The notes below the pieces were generated by a model. The model was not told the origin of the DNA and searched no databases. It saw only the letters and a list, made by a program, of their open reading frames with translations. DNA of 54,520 nucleotides. It comes from Planctomycetia bacterium. GTDB taxonomy: Bacteria; Planctomycetota; UBA1135; GCA-002686595. Position 1 is the stretch's first letter. The number at the start of each line of letters is the position of its first letter. This document shows, in pieces, positions 39,119 through 49,593 of the stretch. Location of the stretch: contig JBKDQQ010000054.1 in assembly GCA_046341775.1 (NCBI GenBank), positions 1 to 54,520 on the forward strand. The letters are read 5' to 3'. Position numbers and translations under genes: made by a program.

Positions 39119-40921
39119 ATGCGTCTCCACGCGGCCTTGGCACTGCGCTGTGCGCTGGCGATCTGCGCGGGCTTCGTCGCCGGCTGCGGGGCGCATGCGC
39201 CCGTCGAGCCCGCGTGGACCACCACCACGCTCGCCCCGGCGGCCGACCCTGCCGCGCCCGCGCCCGACGCGCCCGTGTGGATCGGCTCGGGCAACCGCAC
39301 CGTGCGCGAGTCGCGCCATGCGACGCCCATGCTGCGCTCCGAGGACGGCAAGTCGTGGAGCGCGCGCTTCCCGCTCGAGGGCGCGCCCGCGGGGGAGCTC
39401 GAGCTGCATGTCGGGTTCGACGGTTCCGACGGCGTGCGTGCGCGCGCGGTCTTGTCGCTTGACGGCGCCGAGTCCGCCCGCGCCGCGCTCGCTTGCGCGC
39501 CCGGCGGCTCGAGCTGGACGGGCTGGCGCGTGCCGGCTCCGCGCGCCTCCGCGCTGGCCGAGGTGCGCGTCGAGATGGAGTCGGGAGAGCCCAAGGCCGT
39601 GCACCTGGCGCGCCCGGCGTGGCGCGGCGCGGCGCCCCTCGCGCCCGACGGCGCGCGGCGTCCGCGCGGCGTGCTGCTCGTGTCGATCGACACGCTGCGG
39701 CCGGATCGGCTCGGCGCGTACGGCTCGACCAAGGGCTTGTCGCCGCAGATCGATCGCCTCGCCGCGCGCGGCGTCGTGTGGGAGCGCGCGTTGTCGAGCG
39801 CGCCGTGGACCCTGCCGAGCTACGCGAGCTTGTTCACCGCGCGCACTCCGCTCGCGCACGGCGCAGGCCTCGTCAAGAAGCGCCAGGAAGCCTGGCCGGA
39901 CGCGGGCGACGCGTCGAACGAGTTGACGCGCCTCGGCGACGCGGTGCCCACGCTCGCCGAGCAGTTCCAACGCGCCGGCTGGGCCACCGCCGGCCTGCAC
40001 GCCTCGCCCTTCCTCGAGCCGCCCTCCGGGCTGCACCGCGGCTTCGACTTGTGGCAGCGGCACGCCATCCGCGCCGACGCCGGCGTCGAGCGCGCGCTCG
40101 CCTGGATCGCCGAGCGCGGCGAGGAACCTTGGTTCCTCTTCCTGCACCTGATCGATCCGCACCTGCCGTACGCGCCGCCCGAGGAGTATATGCGCCGCCA
40201 CGCCGGGGTCGGCACGGCCGACCTGAAGGCCGAGCAGTTCGAGGTCGACATCCTGCGTCGCCAGGAACCCGAGGGCGCGCTCAAGCAGTTGCTGCTGGCG
40301 CTGTACGACGGCGAGGTGGCTTGGACCGACGCGCAGCTCGGTCGACTGTTCGACGGCCTCGAGGCGAACGGAGTGCTCGATGACATCGTCGTCGCGCTGC
40401 ATTCCGACCACGGCGAGGAGGTCTGGGAGCACGGCGGCTGCGAGCACGGCCACGCGCTCGTCGAGACCGTGCTGCACGTGCCGCTCGTCGTGGCCGCTCC
40501 CGGGTTGGCGCCGCAGCGCGTGGGTGATCGCGTGCGTTCGATGGACCTCGGGCCGACCCTGCTCGAACTCGCGGGCTTGGCGTCGATCCCGGGCGCCGAA
40601 GGCCGCAGCCTGCTCTCCGGCCCTGCCGGTCCGCGCGAGGTCGACGCCGAGGCGCTCCTGTACGGCGGCCTCGAGTGCAAGGCCCACTACGCCGGCGACG
40701 CGCGCCTCGTCTGGGCCGCCAGCGCGGCACCGGTGCTGGAAGGGGATCCCGGCGCCGGAACGATCAACGACGGCACGCTGCGGCAGGAGCTGCGGCGGCG
40801 CATGCTGCAGCGCGTCGAGCGCCTGCGGCCCGCCTTGTCCGGCGAGGCGGCGCGCCACAGCAGCGAGACGCTGCGCGAACTGCGTTCGATCGGCTACACG
40901 GGGCTCGACGGCGGGCGCTGA
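39119..40921 (+). CDS. sulfatase-like (alkaline-phosphatase superfamily) lipoprotein with Thr at the formylglycine position
   Basis: Lipobox MRLHAALALRCALAICAGFVAGC. VLLVSIDTLRPDRLGAYG (metal-binding Asp). SAPWTLPSYASLFTARTPLAHG aligns with the sulfatase C-x-P-S-R block but reads T-L-P-S-Y. There is also ALHSDHGEE. An N-terminal ~200 aa extra domain is present. Confidence 0.75.
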   Translation: MRLHAALALRCALAICAGFVAGCGAHAPVEPAWTTTTLAPAADPAAPAPDAPVWIGSGNRTVRESRHATPMLRSEDGKSWSARFPLEGAPAGELELHVGFDGSDGVRARAVLSLDGAESARAALACAPGGSSWTGWRVPAPRASALAEVRVEMESGEPKAVHLARPAWRGAAPLAPDGARRPRGVLLVSIDTLRPDRLGAYGSTKGLSPQIDRLAARGVVWERALSSAPWTLPSYASLFTARTPLAHGAGLVKKRQEAWPDAGDASNELTRLGDAVPTLAEQFQRAGWATAGLHASPFLEPPSGLHRGFDLWQRHAIRADAGVERALAWIAERGEEPWFLFLHLIDPHLPYAPPEEYMRRHAGVGTADLKAEQFEVDILRRQEPEGALKQLLLALYDGEVAWTDAQLGRLFDGLEANGVLDDIVVALHSDHGEEVWEHGGCEHGHALVETVLHVPLVVAAPGLAPQRVGDRVRSMDLGPTLLELAGLASIPGAEGRSLLSGPAGPREVDAEALLYGGLECKAHYAGDARLVWAASAAPVLEGDPGAGTINDGTLRQELRRRMLQRVERLRPALSGEAARHSSETLRELRSIGYTGLDGGR

Positions 40922-40997
40922 GCCGGGCGCGCCTTTGCGCGTCGAGCCCGGCGACTGTATCCTCGCGCCCCGCTCGCCCGGGTGGGCGATGCGGCGA

Positions 40998-41070
<73 letters not shown>

Positions 41071-41261
41071 CTTTCCTCGCCTCGCGGCAACCTTGATCGG
41101 CGTGCCTGCGCCTCGCCTCGGGCCACGCGCGCCGTCCGTCGGCGGTCCGCCTGGACTCCTCGAGCGGCGCCAGCGTCGGTTGACGGCGGCATGGGCTCCA
41201 CGCCGCTTCCGCGCCCGCTGCGCGATCGCGGGTTGGCGCGTACCATCACGAGCCCGCATCC

Positions 41262-43079
41262 ATGGCCACCATCCGCTCGCGCACTGTCGCGGCTTGCGCC
41301 GCGCTGTTCGTCCTCCTTGCCTCGTCGTGCGGCAGGGACGAAGCCGCCGTGCACGCCTTCCAAGGCGTCACGCTCAAGCCCGCCTTGGAGGCGGGCGTGC
41401 GCGAAGCCACGGGACCGCTGTGGAGGCGCGGCGGCTCGTACTCGGTGTCCGAGACGCGCCAGGCGTTCCAACTCGACTTCGACCAGCGGCACGGGCGCGC
41501 GGAGTCGCGGTTGCTCCTCGAAGAGCCGCGCGGCCGCATCCTCAAGCTGCACGTCGGCGTCGAGTCGGAGCAGGAGGTGCACCTGCGCGCGCGGGTGCGC
41601 CTCGCGGGGGAGCTCGTGGCCGAGCACACGCTGGTGCACACGCCGACCGGAGCCGCGTGGCTGCGGTTGCCGGCGTTGCGCCCCGCGCGCGGCGGCCCAT
41701 TGGTGGTGGAGCTCGAGGCCCTGCGCGGCCTGCCGGACGCCGTGTACCTCGCCGAACCCGTCTGGCGCGAACCTGTGCAGCCCGGCGACGCCGTGCGCGG
41801 CGTGTTGGTGGTTTCGATCGACACGCTGCGCGCCGATCGCCTGGGTGCGCTCGGCAACCGCCGCGGCTTGACGCCGAACCTCGACGCGTTGGCGGCGCGC
41901 GGCGTCGTCTGGGAACGCGCGTTGTCGAACTCTCCTTGGACGCTGCCGAGCTACGCGAGCTTGTTCACGGCGCGCACTCCGCTCGCGCACGGCGCGGGTC
42001 TGTCGCTCGAGTGCCAAGCCGCCTGGCCCGACGCGGGCGATTCGACCGCGAACCACTCCGCGCTCGCGACCGGCGTTCCCACGCTCGCCGAGCAGTTCCG
42101 CGCCGCGGGCTACGCCACGGCGGGATTCCACGCCTCGCCCTTCCTCGAGACGCGCACGGGGCTGCAGCGCGGCTTCGACTACTGGGTGCGCCATGCCGTG
42201 CGCGCCGACGCGGGCGTGGACCACGCCTTGGCGTGGATCCGGCGCCAGAAGGACCGGCACTGGTTCGCCTTCCTGCACCTGATGGACCCGCACTTGCCGT
42301 ACGCGCCGCCCGACGCGTGGTCGCGACGCTTCGCCGGCGTGGCGACCAGCGAACTTTCGTCGGACTTGTTCGACATCGACGCCCTGCGCCGCGCCAAGCC
42401 GGACGACGAGCGGCGCAAGCTACTCGAGGATCTGTACGACGCGGAAGTCGCCTGGACCGACGCGCAGGTCGGGCGCTTGCTCGACGGACTGCGCGAGGCA
42501 GGGCTCGCCGACGGCGTGGTGGTGGCGTTGCACTCCGACCATGGCGAGGAGTTCTGGGAGCATGGCGGCTACGAACACGGGCACGCGCTCGTGGAGGAGG
42601 TCCTGCGCGTGCCGTTGATCGTGGCGGCTCCGGGGCTCGCGCCCGCCCGGGTCCCCGAGCGCGTGCGCAGCATGGACCTCGGGCCCACCTTGCTCGAGCT
42701 GTGCGGATTGCCTCCGCTCCCCGGCGCGGAGGGCGCCAGCCTGGTGCGGCGCGGCGGCGCGCTGCTGCAGGCCGAGCGCGTGGTCCGCGTCGTCGATGCC
42801 GAGGCGCTGCTGTACGGCGACATCGAGGAGAAGGCCCGCTACGAGGACGCCGCGCGCCTCGTGTGGCGCGCCACCCAGGCGCCGCGCCTCCAGGCCGATC
42901 CTTCGGGAGCGCCGCTCGACGATCCCGCCCTGCGCGACGCGCTGCGCATGCAGATGCTCGAACGCGCACGCGCCTTGCGTGCCCGCGGCGCGGCGGGCCT
43001 GGTGCAGCACGACGAGGCCTCGATGGAGGACCTGCGCGGACTCGGCTACACGGGGATCGAGGCTCCGGAACCGCGCTGA
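41262..43079 (+). CDS. sulfatase-like lipoprotein, paralog of the gene at 39119-40921
   Basis: MATIRSRTVAACAALFVLLASSCG; VLVVSIDTLRADRLGALG; SNSPWTLPSYASLFTARTPLAHG (the same Thr/Tyr substitutions); ALHSDHGEE. Collinear with the paralog over the full length. Confidence 0.75.
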   Translation: MATIRSRTVAACAALFVLLASSCGRDEAAVHAFQGVTLKPALEAGVREATGPLWRRGGSYSVSETRQAFQLDFDQRHGRAESRLLLEEPRGRILKLHVGVESEQEVHLRARVRLAGELVAEHTLVHTPTGAAWLRLPALRPARGGPLVVELEALRGLPDAVYLAEPVWREPVQPGDAVRGVLVVSIDTLRADRLGALGNRRGLTPNLDALAARGVVWERALSNSPWTLPSYASLFTARTPLAHGAGLSLECQAAWPDAGDSTANHSALATGVPTLAEQFRAAGYATAGFHASPFLETRTGLQRGFDYWVRHAVRADAGVDHALAWIRRQKDRHWFAFLHLMDPHLPYAPPDAWSRRFAGVATSELSSDLFDIDALRRAKPDDERRKLLEDLYDAEVAWTDAQVGRLLDGLREAGLADGVVVALHSDHGEEFWEHGGYEHGHALVEEVLRVPLIVAAPGLAPARVPERVRSMDLGPTLLELCGLPPLPGAEGASLVRRGGALLQAERVVRVVDAEALLYGDIEEKARYEDAARLVWRATQAPRLQADPSGAPLDDPALRDALRMQMLERARALRARGAAGLVQHDEASMEDLRGLGYTGIEAPEPR

Positions 43080-43143
43080 GGCCCGCGCGCCGGCCCGCCG
43101 CGCGAGGACGACCTCCCGGCGTCGGTGGTCCTGCTCGCTCCGC

Positions 43144-44505
43144 TCACCTCGCGCCGATCGGCTCGAAGCTCGCCGCGCAGGCGGCCTCGACCTCCTCGAC
43201 GGTCTTCGGGATGCCGGCGGTGAGGACCTCGTGCCCGTGCACGGTCACGAGCACGTCGTCCTCGATGCGGATGCCGATGCCGCGCCAGCGCTCCGCCACC
43301 GTCGCCTCGTCCTCGGCGACGTAGAGCCCCGGCTCGACCGTGAGCACCATGCCCGGCTCGAGCACGCGCGAGGCGCCGTCGACGTTGTACGCGCCGCAGT
43401 CGTGCACATCGAGCCCGAGCCAGTGGCTCGTGCGGTGCATGTAGAAGCGGCGGTAGTTGTCCGACTTGAGCTCCTCCTCGACCGTGCCGTGGAGCAGGCC
43501 GTGCTTGACCAGGCCTTCGACCAGCGCGCGCAGCGCGGTCTCGTGCACGCTCGTGAAGGAGACGCCGGGCTGCACGTGCGCGATCGCCTTCAGTTGCGCT
43601 TCGAGGCAGACATCGTACAGGGCGCGCTGCTCGGCGGAGAAGCGCCCGTTGACGGGGAAGGTGCGCGTCACATCGCTGGCGTACCACTCGTACTCGGCGC
43701 CGGCGTCGATCAGCAGCAGGTCGCCGTCCTTCAGCGGGGCGTTGTTGTCGTTGTAGTGCAGGATCGTGGCGTTGGCGCCCGAGGCGACGATGTTCGTGTA
43801 CGCCGCTCCCGTGCCGCCGCGGGCGCGGAAGTGCCACTCGAGCAGGGCGTCGATCTCGCGCTCGTTCATGCCGGGGCGCGCCGCGGCCATGCACGCGGCG
43901 TGCGCCTCCTTGGTGATGCCCGCGGCGCGGCGCATCAAGTCCAACTCGGCCTTGGACTTCTTGAGGCGCAGCTCGCCCAGCACCGGGCCCGTGTCCAGCA
44001 CCTCGATCGGCGGCGGCACCGGACCCTTGGCCGTCATGCGCAGCTTGCCGAGCAGTTCGGTCATGCGCCGGTCCTCCTCGGCGTCGACGCCGAAGCGCCA
44101 CATGACGCGCTGCACGCCCTTGAGCACGACCGCGAGGTCGCTCCACAGCCGCTCGATGGGACGCGCCAGGTCGATGCCCAAGGTCGCCGGTGCGCGTTCC
44201 ACGCCGAGGCGCCGGCCGGTCCAGATCTCCATCGAGCGGTCGCGCTCGCGCAGGTACAGGATGCTGCGCGGCCCGCCCTTCCACGGCTTGCCGTCGAAGT
44301 CTAGCGCCCCCGGCAGCGCCGGCAGCAGCACGAGCACGCTGTCGGGCTCGGAGAAGCCCGTCAACCACGCGAAGTCCGAGTCGGGGCGGAAGCGGTACTC
44401 GGCGTCGAAGTTGCGCACCTTGTGGCGCGCGGTGGGGAAGATGCCCGCGGCACCCCGCGCCTGCAGCGCCTCGAGCGCCCTCGACCTGTGCTCCTTCTGC
44501 CTCAC
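43144..44505 (-). CDS. pepP: Xaa-Pro aminopeptidase (M24B, AMP_N plus peptidase domains)
   Basis: AMP_N-like N-terminus (FRPDSDFAWLTGFSEPDSVLVLL). M24 blocks LLLIDAGAEYEWYASDVTRTFPVNG, MHRTSHWLGLDVHD, GMVLTVEPGLY, GIRIEDDVLVT. The inferred start is GTG at 44505, overlapping the flotillin stop (GTGA). The start is uncertain. Confidence 0.75.
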   Translation of the reverse strand: MRQKEHRSRALEALQARGAAGIFPTARHKVRNFDAEYRFRPDSDFAWLTGFSEPDSVLVLLPALPGALDFDGKPWKGGPRSILYLRERDRSMEIWTGRRLGVERAPATLGIDLARPIERLWSDLAVVLKGVQRVMWRFGVDAEEDRRMTELLGKLRMTAKGPVPPPIEVLDTGPVLGELRLKKSKAELDLMRRAAGITKEAHAACMAAARPGMNEREIDALLEWHFRARGGTGAAYTNIVASGANATILHYNDNNAPLKDGDLLLIDAGAEYEWYASDVTRTFPVNGRFSAEQRALYDVCLEAQLKAIAHVQPGVSFTSVHETALRALVEGLVKHGLLHGTVEEELKSDNYRRFYMHRTSHWLGLDVHDCGAYNVDGASRVLEPGMVLTVEPGLYVAEDEATVAERWRGIGIRIEDDVLVTVHGHEVLTAGIPKTVEEVEAACAASFEPIGAR

Positions 44506-46098
44506 GCCTTCCGCTCCTCGGCCGCCGCGGCCTGCTCCTCGGGCTTCGCGTCCGCCACGAGCTTGCCGAAGTACTCCGGCATCTTCACGCCGCCGACCTC
44601 GCTCATCATGTGCATCATCGGCGGCAGCGAACCGGCCAAGGAGTGCAGGAAGTTCGAGGTGGCGTTGCGGCCGTCCTTGCCCTGGCCGCCGTCCCACACG
44701 ACGACCTTGTCGAACTTGACGTTGGAGATGGCCGTGGCCGCGGTCTTCGACAGCTCCTCTAGCTTCTCGAGCATCAGCATCTGGAAGGCCTGTTCGGCCC
44801 CGCCGCAGGCGTCGATGATGGCCTTCAAGCCTTCGCCCTTCTTGGCCAGCATCTCGTACTCGCCGCGCGCCTGCGCCTCGAGTCGCGCGTACATGGCGGC
44901 GGCCTCGGCCTGCGCCCCGATGCGCTGCCGCTCGGCCTCCGCTTCGGCCTCGATGATCACCTGCGACTTGACGGCGCGCGCCAAGGCCTCGAGTTCGGCG
45001 CGCTTCTCGGCCTCGATCTTCTTGGCCTGCGCCTCGGCCGCGCGGGCCTGGGCGAGGTACTGGGCCTCGAGCACGGCCGCCTGCGCCTCGCGCAGGCGCG
45101 TCTCGGACAACTGGTAGGCCTCGGCCTCGCGCACCTTGAGCGAGGCGTTGGAGGCCGCCATGTCGGCCTTCGACTTGTTCTCGCCCGTGACCGCCTCGGC
45201 GTCGGCGGCGGCCACCTGGATGCGCATGGCGCGTTGGGCGTCGCGCACCTTGGCGTCGCGCTCGAACTGCGCGGTCTGCTCGCCGATGGCGCGCTCCTTC
45301 TCCAACTCGGCGATCTTGACGGCGCGTTCGCGCTCGGCCGACTTGGTGCCGATGTCGCGCAGCTTCTCGTTGTTCGACACCTCGATCACGCGGTCGCGGT
45401 CGGCCTCGGCCACGCCGATGGCGCCCTTCTTGAACTGCATGGCGACGTCGATCTCGGCCTGCTGGATGGCCTCGGAGGCGGCCTTCTTGCCGATGGCCTC
45501 GATGTAGCCCGACTCGTCGGTGATGTCCTTGATGTTGACGTTGATCAGCACGAGGCCGATCTTCTTCAGCTCGGGTTCGAGCGAGTCCTGGATCTTCGAC
45601 AGGAACTTGTCGCGGTCGCGGTTGATCTCGTCGATCCGCATCGAGGCGATCACCTGGCGCAGCTGGCCGAAGATGATGTCCTCGGCCTGCTTGATGACGG
45701 CCGTGGTCTGCAGGCCCAGCAAGCGCACCGCGGCGTTGTTCATCGTCTCCTCGTCCGTGCCGATGGCGACGGTGAAGACGCTCGGCACGTTGACGCGGAT
45801 GTTCTCGATCGACAGCGCGCCCTGCAGCGGGATCTCGATCTGCACCGGATCCAGCGAGAGGTATTCGAAGTTCTGGATCAGCGGCCACACGAACACGCCG
45901 CCGCCGTGGATGCACTTGGAGGAGCGCCCCGTGCCGGTCTTGCCGTACACGACCAGCACGCGGTTCGACGGGCAGCGCTTGTAGCGGCGCGCGACGACCA
46001 GCATGAAGCTGATCAGCACCAGGCCGCCGACGAGGATCATGAAGGCGACCGGCAGGATCTCGGGATCGAACTCGACTTGCAGCAGCATCAGGTTCATG
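44502..46098 (-). CDS. flotillin / SPFH-domain protein (YqiK/FloA-like)
   Basis: N-terminal TM helix (ILPVAFMILVGGLVLISFMLVV), SPFH domain, then a long Ala/Glu-rich coiled coil (EAQAAVLEAQYLAQARAAEAQAKKIEAEKRAELEALARA). Confidence 0.85.
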
Positions 46099-46200
46099 GG
46101 AGTGCGGTGGGGGCGTGGCTTCTTGAGGATCGCTTCGGGACTCGGGCGCTCGCGGGGTTCGCGCCTTTGCGTGCGTGCAGGCGCTCGCGCGCGACTGCCG

Positions 46201-46779
46201 CTAGGACAACGGCTCGACCTCGAAGGTGTCGAGCGTGATCTGCTTGACGATGCGCACTTCGCTGCCGGACTCGAGGTCGCGCGCGGCGCGCGTGCAGGCC
46301 TGGAACTCGCCGGTGCGGCCCTGGACGAGCACCTGCACCTTGCCCTTGCCGGCGTTGTTGGCGGGGATCCGGATGTAGACGCGCGCGGTGCGACCAACGG
46401 CGTTCGCGGTGTCCATGTTGCCGGCGGAGTGCAGCTTCTTCTGCAGCGAGAAGAGCCAGGCCACGGCGAACAGCATGGCCGCGCCCGAGAGGAGGCCCAC
46501 GCCCAGCGCGGCTCCGTTGCCGAGGCCTTGCGCCAGCGCCATCCAACCACCGAGCCCGAAGAAGCAGAAGAAGCTCGCCACCGAGCGGATCGACAACAGG
46601 CCGAGGCCCTCGTCGTGGTGGATCTCGCCGCTGGCCGCGTTGCCGATCTCGGGGACCCCTTCGGCGAGCGTGTCGCCGCCGTCGTCGTGGCCGAAGAAGA
46701 GGAGCGCCGTCTGCACGACGAGCACCAGCCCGCCCAACGCGGAGCAGCCGAGGAACACGGTCAGCAAGGACAGATCCAT
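46201..46779 (-). CDS. NfeD-family membrane protein (YqiJ-like flotillin partner)
   Basis: 192 aa. N-terminal TM helices, then a C-terminal OB-fold-like segment (RTARVYIRIPANNAGKGKVQVLVQGRTGEFQA). Located immediately upstream of the flotillin gene. Confidence 0.7.
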   Translation of the reverse strand: MDLSLLTVFLGCSALGGLVLVVQTALLFFGHDDGGDTLAEGVPEIGNAASGEIHHDEGLGLLSIRSVASFFCFFGLGGWMALAQGLGNGAALGVGLLSGAAMLFAVAWLFSLQKKLHSAGNMDTANAVGRTARVYIRIPANNAGKGKVQVLVQGRTGEFQACTRAARDLESGSEVRIVKQITLDTFEVEPLS

Positions 46780-47063
46780 GCGTGGGGGGGGGCGCGAGGA
46801 GGCGCTCGAGGAAGATACGGCTTCTCCCTCCGCCGATTCAAAGGAATCGACCAGCGGCATCGCCGGCGACCCGCGGACGGCACGCACGCCGCGGGAAGGC
46901 CCGCTCTGCGACGCTTGAATCGTCCGTGCAGGGACGCGGGCGCGGGCCACGGGTGCCGACGGTCGAGGGCCGGCGGCTGAAGCGGGCGTCGGACGCGAGG
47001 CGCGCGACGCCGGTCGCTGGCGGCGCTGGAGCTCGCCCCGCCAAACGAGGTTCTCCCGTGATG

Positions 47064-48110
47064 TCAGCGCAGGAGGAAGCGCTCGACGCGGCCGGCGAGG
47101 TGCGGCCACTCGGCGAGCCTCGTCGCCGAGTCGCTCCAATCGACGAGCAGCGGCGCCGCTGCGCCGCCGGGCTCGGGACGCTTGTCCACGATGCTTGACG
47201 CGACGCCCACGCCCGCGGAGAGCGCACTGGCGAAGGCCTCCAGCGCCCCCGCATGCGAGCAACCGGGCTCGACGAGGATCAACATGCCGTGTGCGGCCAA
47301 TTGCCGCGGCACGCTGCTCGGCACGAGCAGGCTGCGCGCGGCCGAACCAGCCTTGAAGCGGCCGTAGAGCACGTGTTCCTCGCCGCCGGGCGCCAGATCC
47401 AGCTCCCACGCCTCGCCCAGTCGATCTTGTTGCCACCAGTCGACGAACTCGGCCTCGATGGCGAGGCTCGGGTGGCGCGGGATGCGCACCTTGAGGTTCG
47501 CCGCCTCGCCGCCTTGGTGGCGCACGACCACCTGCACGCCTTCGCCCTCGACGGACACCTCGATCCCGATGCGCGCCTTGCCGACCTCTAGTCCGTCGAC
47601 CTTGGCGACGCGCGGCGCCCAACGCATCGAGTCCGAGAGGCGCGGTTCATGCGGCAGCGCCGGCCGCAGCTCGACGCCGTCGGGCAGCGCGCCGCACAGT
47701 CCGCCGCCCGCGAGAGGCGCGCCAGCGGGCGCACCGGGCATGAAGCGCGGCAACAAGGCCGCGAGCAGCGCTTCGTCGCCGCGCGACGCGGCGAGGTGCG
47801 CCCACGCGTCGTCGGAGCGTTCCTGCTCCAAGGCCACGAGCGCGAGGCGCGCCCGCGCCAGTCCGCGCGCGGCCTCGTCGCCTTGGCCGAGCGCGCGCAG
47901 GTCCGCGCCCCACGCCTCCCATGTCGCGACGCTGTCAAGCGCGCTGGACACCGCCGGCGCGCGTCCGCCGGGGGCCAGCGCGGCGGAGGGCGCCGTGGCC
48001 GGACCCATCAACGCCAAGGCGTCGGCCAGCGGGCCCGCAGGCAGCTCCAGTCGCGCCTGGGGCGGGCCTTGGATCTCCTGGGCGAGCACGAGCAACGCGG
48101 AGAGCAGCAT
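47064..48110 (-). CDS. hypothetical secreted protein
   Basis: Long minus-strand ORF with a plausible signal peptide MLLSALLVLAQEIQG. No recognisable domain. Codon and amino-acid composition look coding rather than an Arg-rich artefact. Confidence 0.45.
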   Translation of the reverse strand: MLLSALLVLAQEIQGPPQARLELPAGPLADALALMGPATAPSAALAPGGRAPAVSSALDSVATWEAWGADLRALGQGDEAARGLARARLALVALEQERSDDAWAHLAASRGDEALLAALLPRFMPGAPAGAPLAGGGLCGALPDGVELRPALPHEPRLSDSMRWAPRVAKVDGLEVGKARIGIEVSVEGEGVQVVVRHQGGEAANLKVRIPRHPSLAIEAEFVDWWQQDRLGEAWELDLAPGGEEHVLYGRFKAGSAARSLLVPSSVPRQLAAHGMLILVEPGCSHAGALEAFASALSAGVGVASSIVDKRPEPGGAAAPLLVDWSDSATRLAEWPHLAGRVERFLLR

Positions 48111-48141
48111 GATTCCGATCGTGGTTGGTTGGGCCGCGAGC

Positions 48142-48897
48142 CTAGTTGCGCCGCCGCAGCTTCGCCAGCAGCTTCAACATCTCCACGTACAGCCACGCCA
48201 GCGTGACCATCAACGCGAAGGCGCCGTACCACTCGAGTCGCTTGTCCGCGCCCGCGGCGCAGGCGTTCTCGATGTAGTCGAAGTCGAGCACGAGGTTGAG
48301 GGCCGCCACCACGACGACGAACAGGCTGAAGCCGATGCCGATCGGGCCGCTGTCGTGGATGTAGGGGATCCCCCAGCCGAAGAACGAGCCGATGAATCCG
48401 GCCATGTAGACGAGCCCGATGCCGCCCGTGCAGGCGATCAGCACCAGGCGGAAGTTCTGGCTCGGGCGCACCACGCGCGCCACGTAGGCGAACAAGACCG
48501 CCACCAGCGTTCCGCCGGTCGCCAGCACCGCTTGCAGGGCGATGCCCGGGTAGCGCTGTTCGAACACCGCCGACAACGCTCCGAGGAACAAGCCCTGCGC
48601 CAGCGCGTAGCCCGGCGCGAGGAACGGCGCCCAATGCATCTTGAAGCGCAACACCAGCGCCAAGACGAAGCTCGCGATCATCCCGCCGAGAGTCCACGGC
48701 CAAGCACCCGCCGCGTCGCCGGCGAGGACCTGCGCCCACAGCACCGATCCGCTCGCCACCGCCAGGAGCAGCAGCAAGAGCGTCTTGAGCGCCGTGCCTT
48801 GCAGCGTCATGCCCTCGCCCGTGGGCGCGAAGGCTCGCGCCCTTGCGCCCTCGAAGGTGCCTTCGCCGAGTACGGGATTGCCGGAACGGGACATCAT
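48142..48897 (-). CDS. Bax inhibitor-1/YccA family membrane protein
   Basis: 251 aa with about 7 TM segments, and the family-typical C-terminal basic tail ...LKLLAKLRRRN. Start MMSRSG at 48897. Confidence 0.7.
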   Translation of the reverse strand: MMSRSGNPVLGEGTFEGARARAFAPTGEGMTLQGTALKTLLLLLLAVASGSVLWAQVLAGDAAGAWPWTLGGMIASFVLALVLRFKMHWAPFLAPGYALAQGLFLGALSAVFEQRYPGIALQAVLATGGTLVAVLFAYVARVVRPSQNFRLVLIACTGGIGLVYMAGFIGSFFGWGIPYIHDSGPIGIGFSLFVVVVAALNLVLDFDYIENACAAGADKRLEWYGAFALMVTLAWLYVEMLKLLAKLRRRN

Positions 48898-49287
48898 CGC
48901 CGGGGTGCTCCTCGACGCCCTGCGCGTCGCTGCCTGCGCTCGCCGAAGTAGCGGCGCCAGCGTCGCCGCCAAGCCTAGCAGAAGCGCCACGCCGCCCTTG
49001 ACAGCCCTGCACAGCCCCGGATCGCCTCGACGCAACCGCGATCGCCCACCATCCTCGGGAGTCGGGATCGGACGGAAGCCGCCTTGGAAGCGCCTAGTCC
49101 CGCCAGTCGCGCAGGAGCGCGCGTGGGATGCCGCGCGACTCGCCCGCGACGCCCGCCTGCCGTCCAGCCCGCGTCCTTGGCCGCGATTCGCGCGGCTTTG
49201 CCCGGATGCCGAGCTTGAGACGCCCGCGAGCGTGCGCCATGCTCTGTCCGCACCCCGCGTCCGTGCCTCGGCCGCGCCCGACCGCCC

Positions 49288-49569
49288 ATGACCGCCCTCG
49301 ACCACGACCTCCTGCAACGCGTCGTCTGCCCCGAGACCCGCCAGAAGCTCGCCGAAGGCGGCGCGGAGCTGCTCGCCGAGTTGAACCGCCGCATCGCCGA
49401 GAAGCGTCTCTCCAACCGTGGTGGCAAGGCGGTCGAGCGTCCGTTCGACGCCGTCCTCGTGCGCGCCGACGGGCAGTACGCCTACCCGGTGCGCGAGGGG
49501 ATCTTCTTCCTGTTCCTCGACGAAGCCGTGCCGCTCGCGGGTGTCGCCGCCGCGCCGCTCGCGCGCTGA
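49288..49569 (+). CDS. Trm112-like small protein (DUF343/UPF0434 family)
   Basis: 93 aa. LLQRVVCPETRQKLAE...YPVREGIFFLFLDEAVPL is characteristic of the Trm112/YcaR family. Confidence 0.7.
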   Translation: MTALDHDLLQRVVCPETRQKLAEGGAELLAELNRRIAEKRLSNRGGKAVERPFDAVLVRADGQYAYPVREGIFFLFLDEAVPLAGVAAAPLAR

Positions 49570-49593
49570 ACGCCCGCGCCGCGCCGCCGTTCC

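Noticed and set aside
47458-48951. Plus-strand ORF of 497 aa overlapping two minus-strand genes.
   Set aside because: Arg-rich artefact. The minus strand encodes a Bax-inhibitor-1/YccA-family membrane protein with clear TM periodicity.
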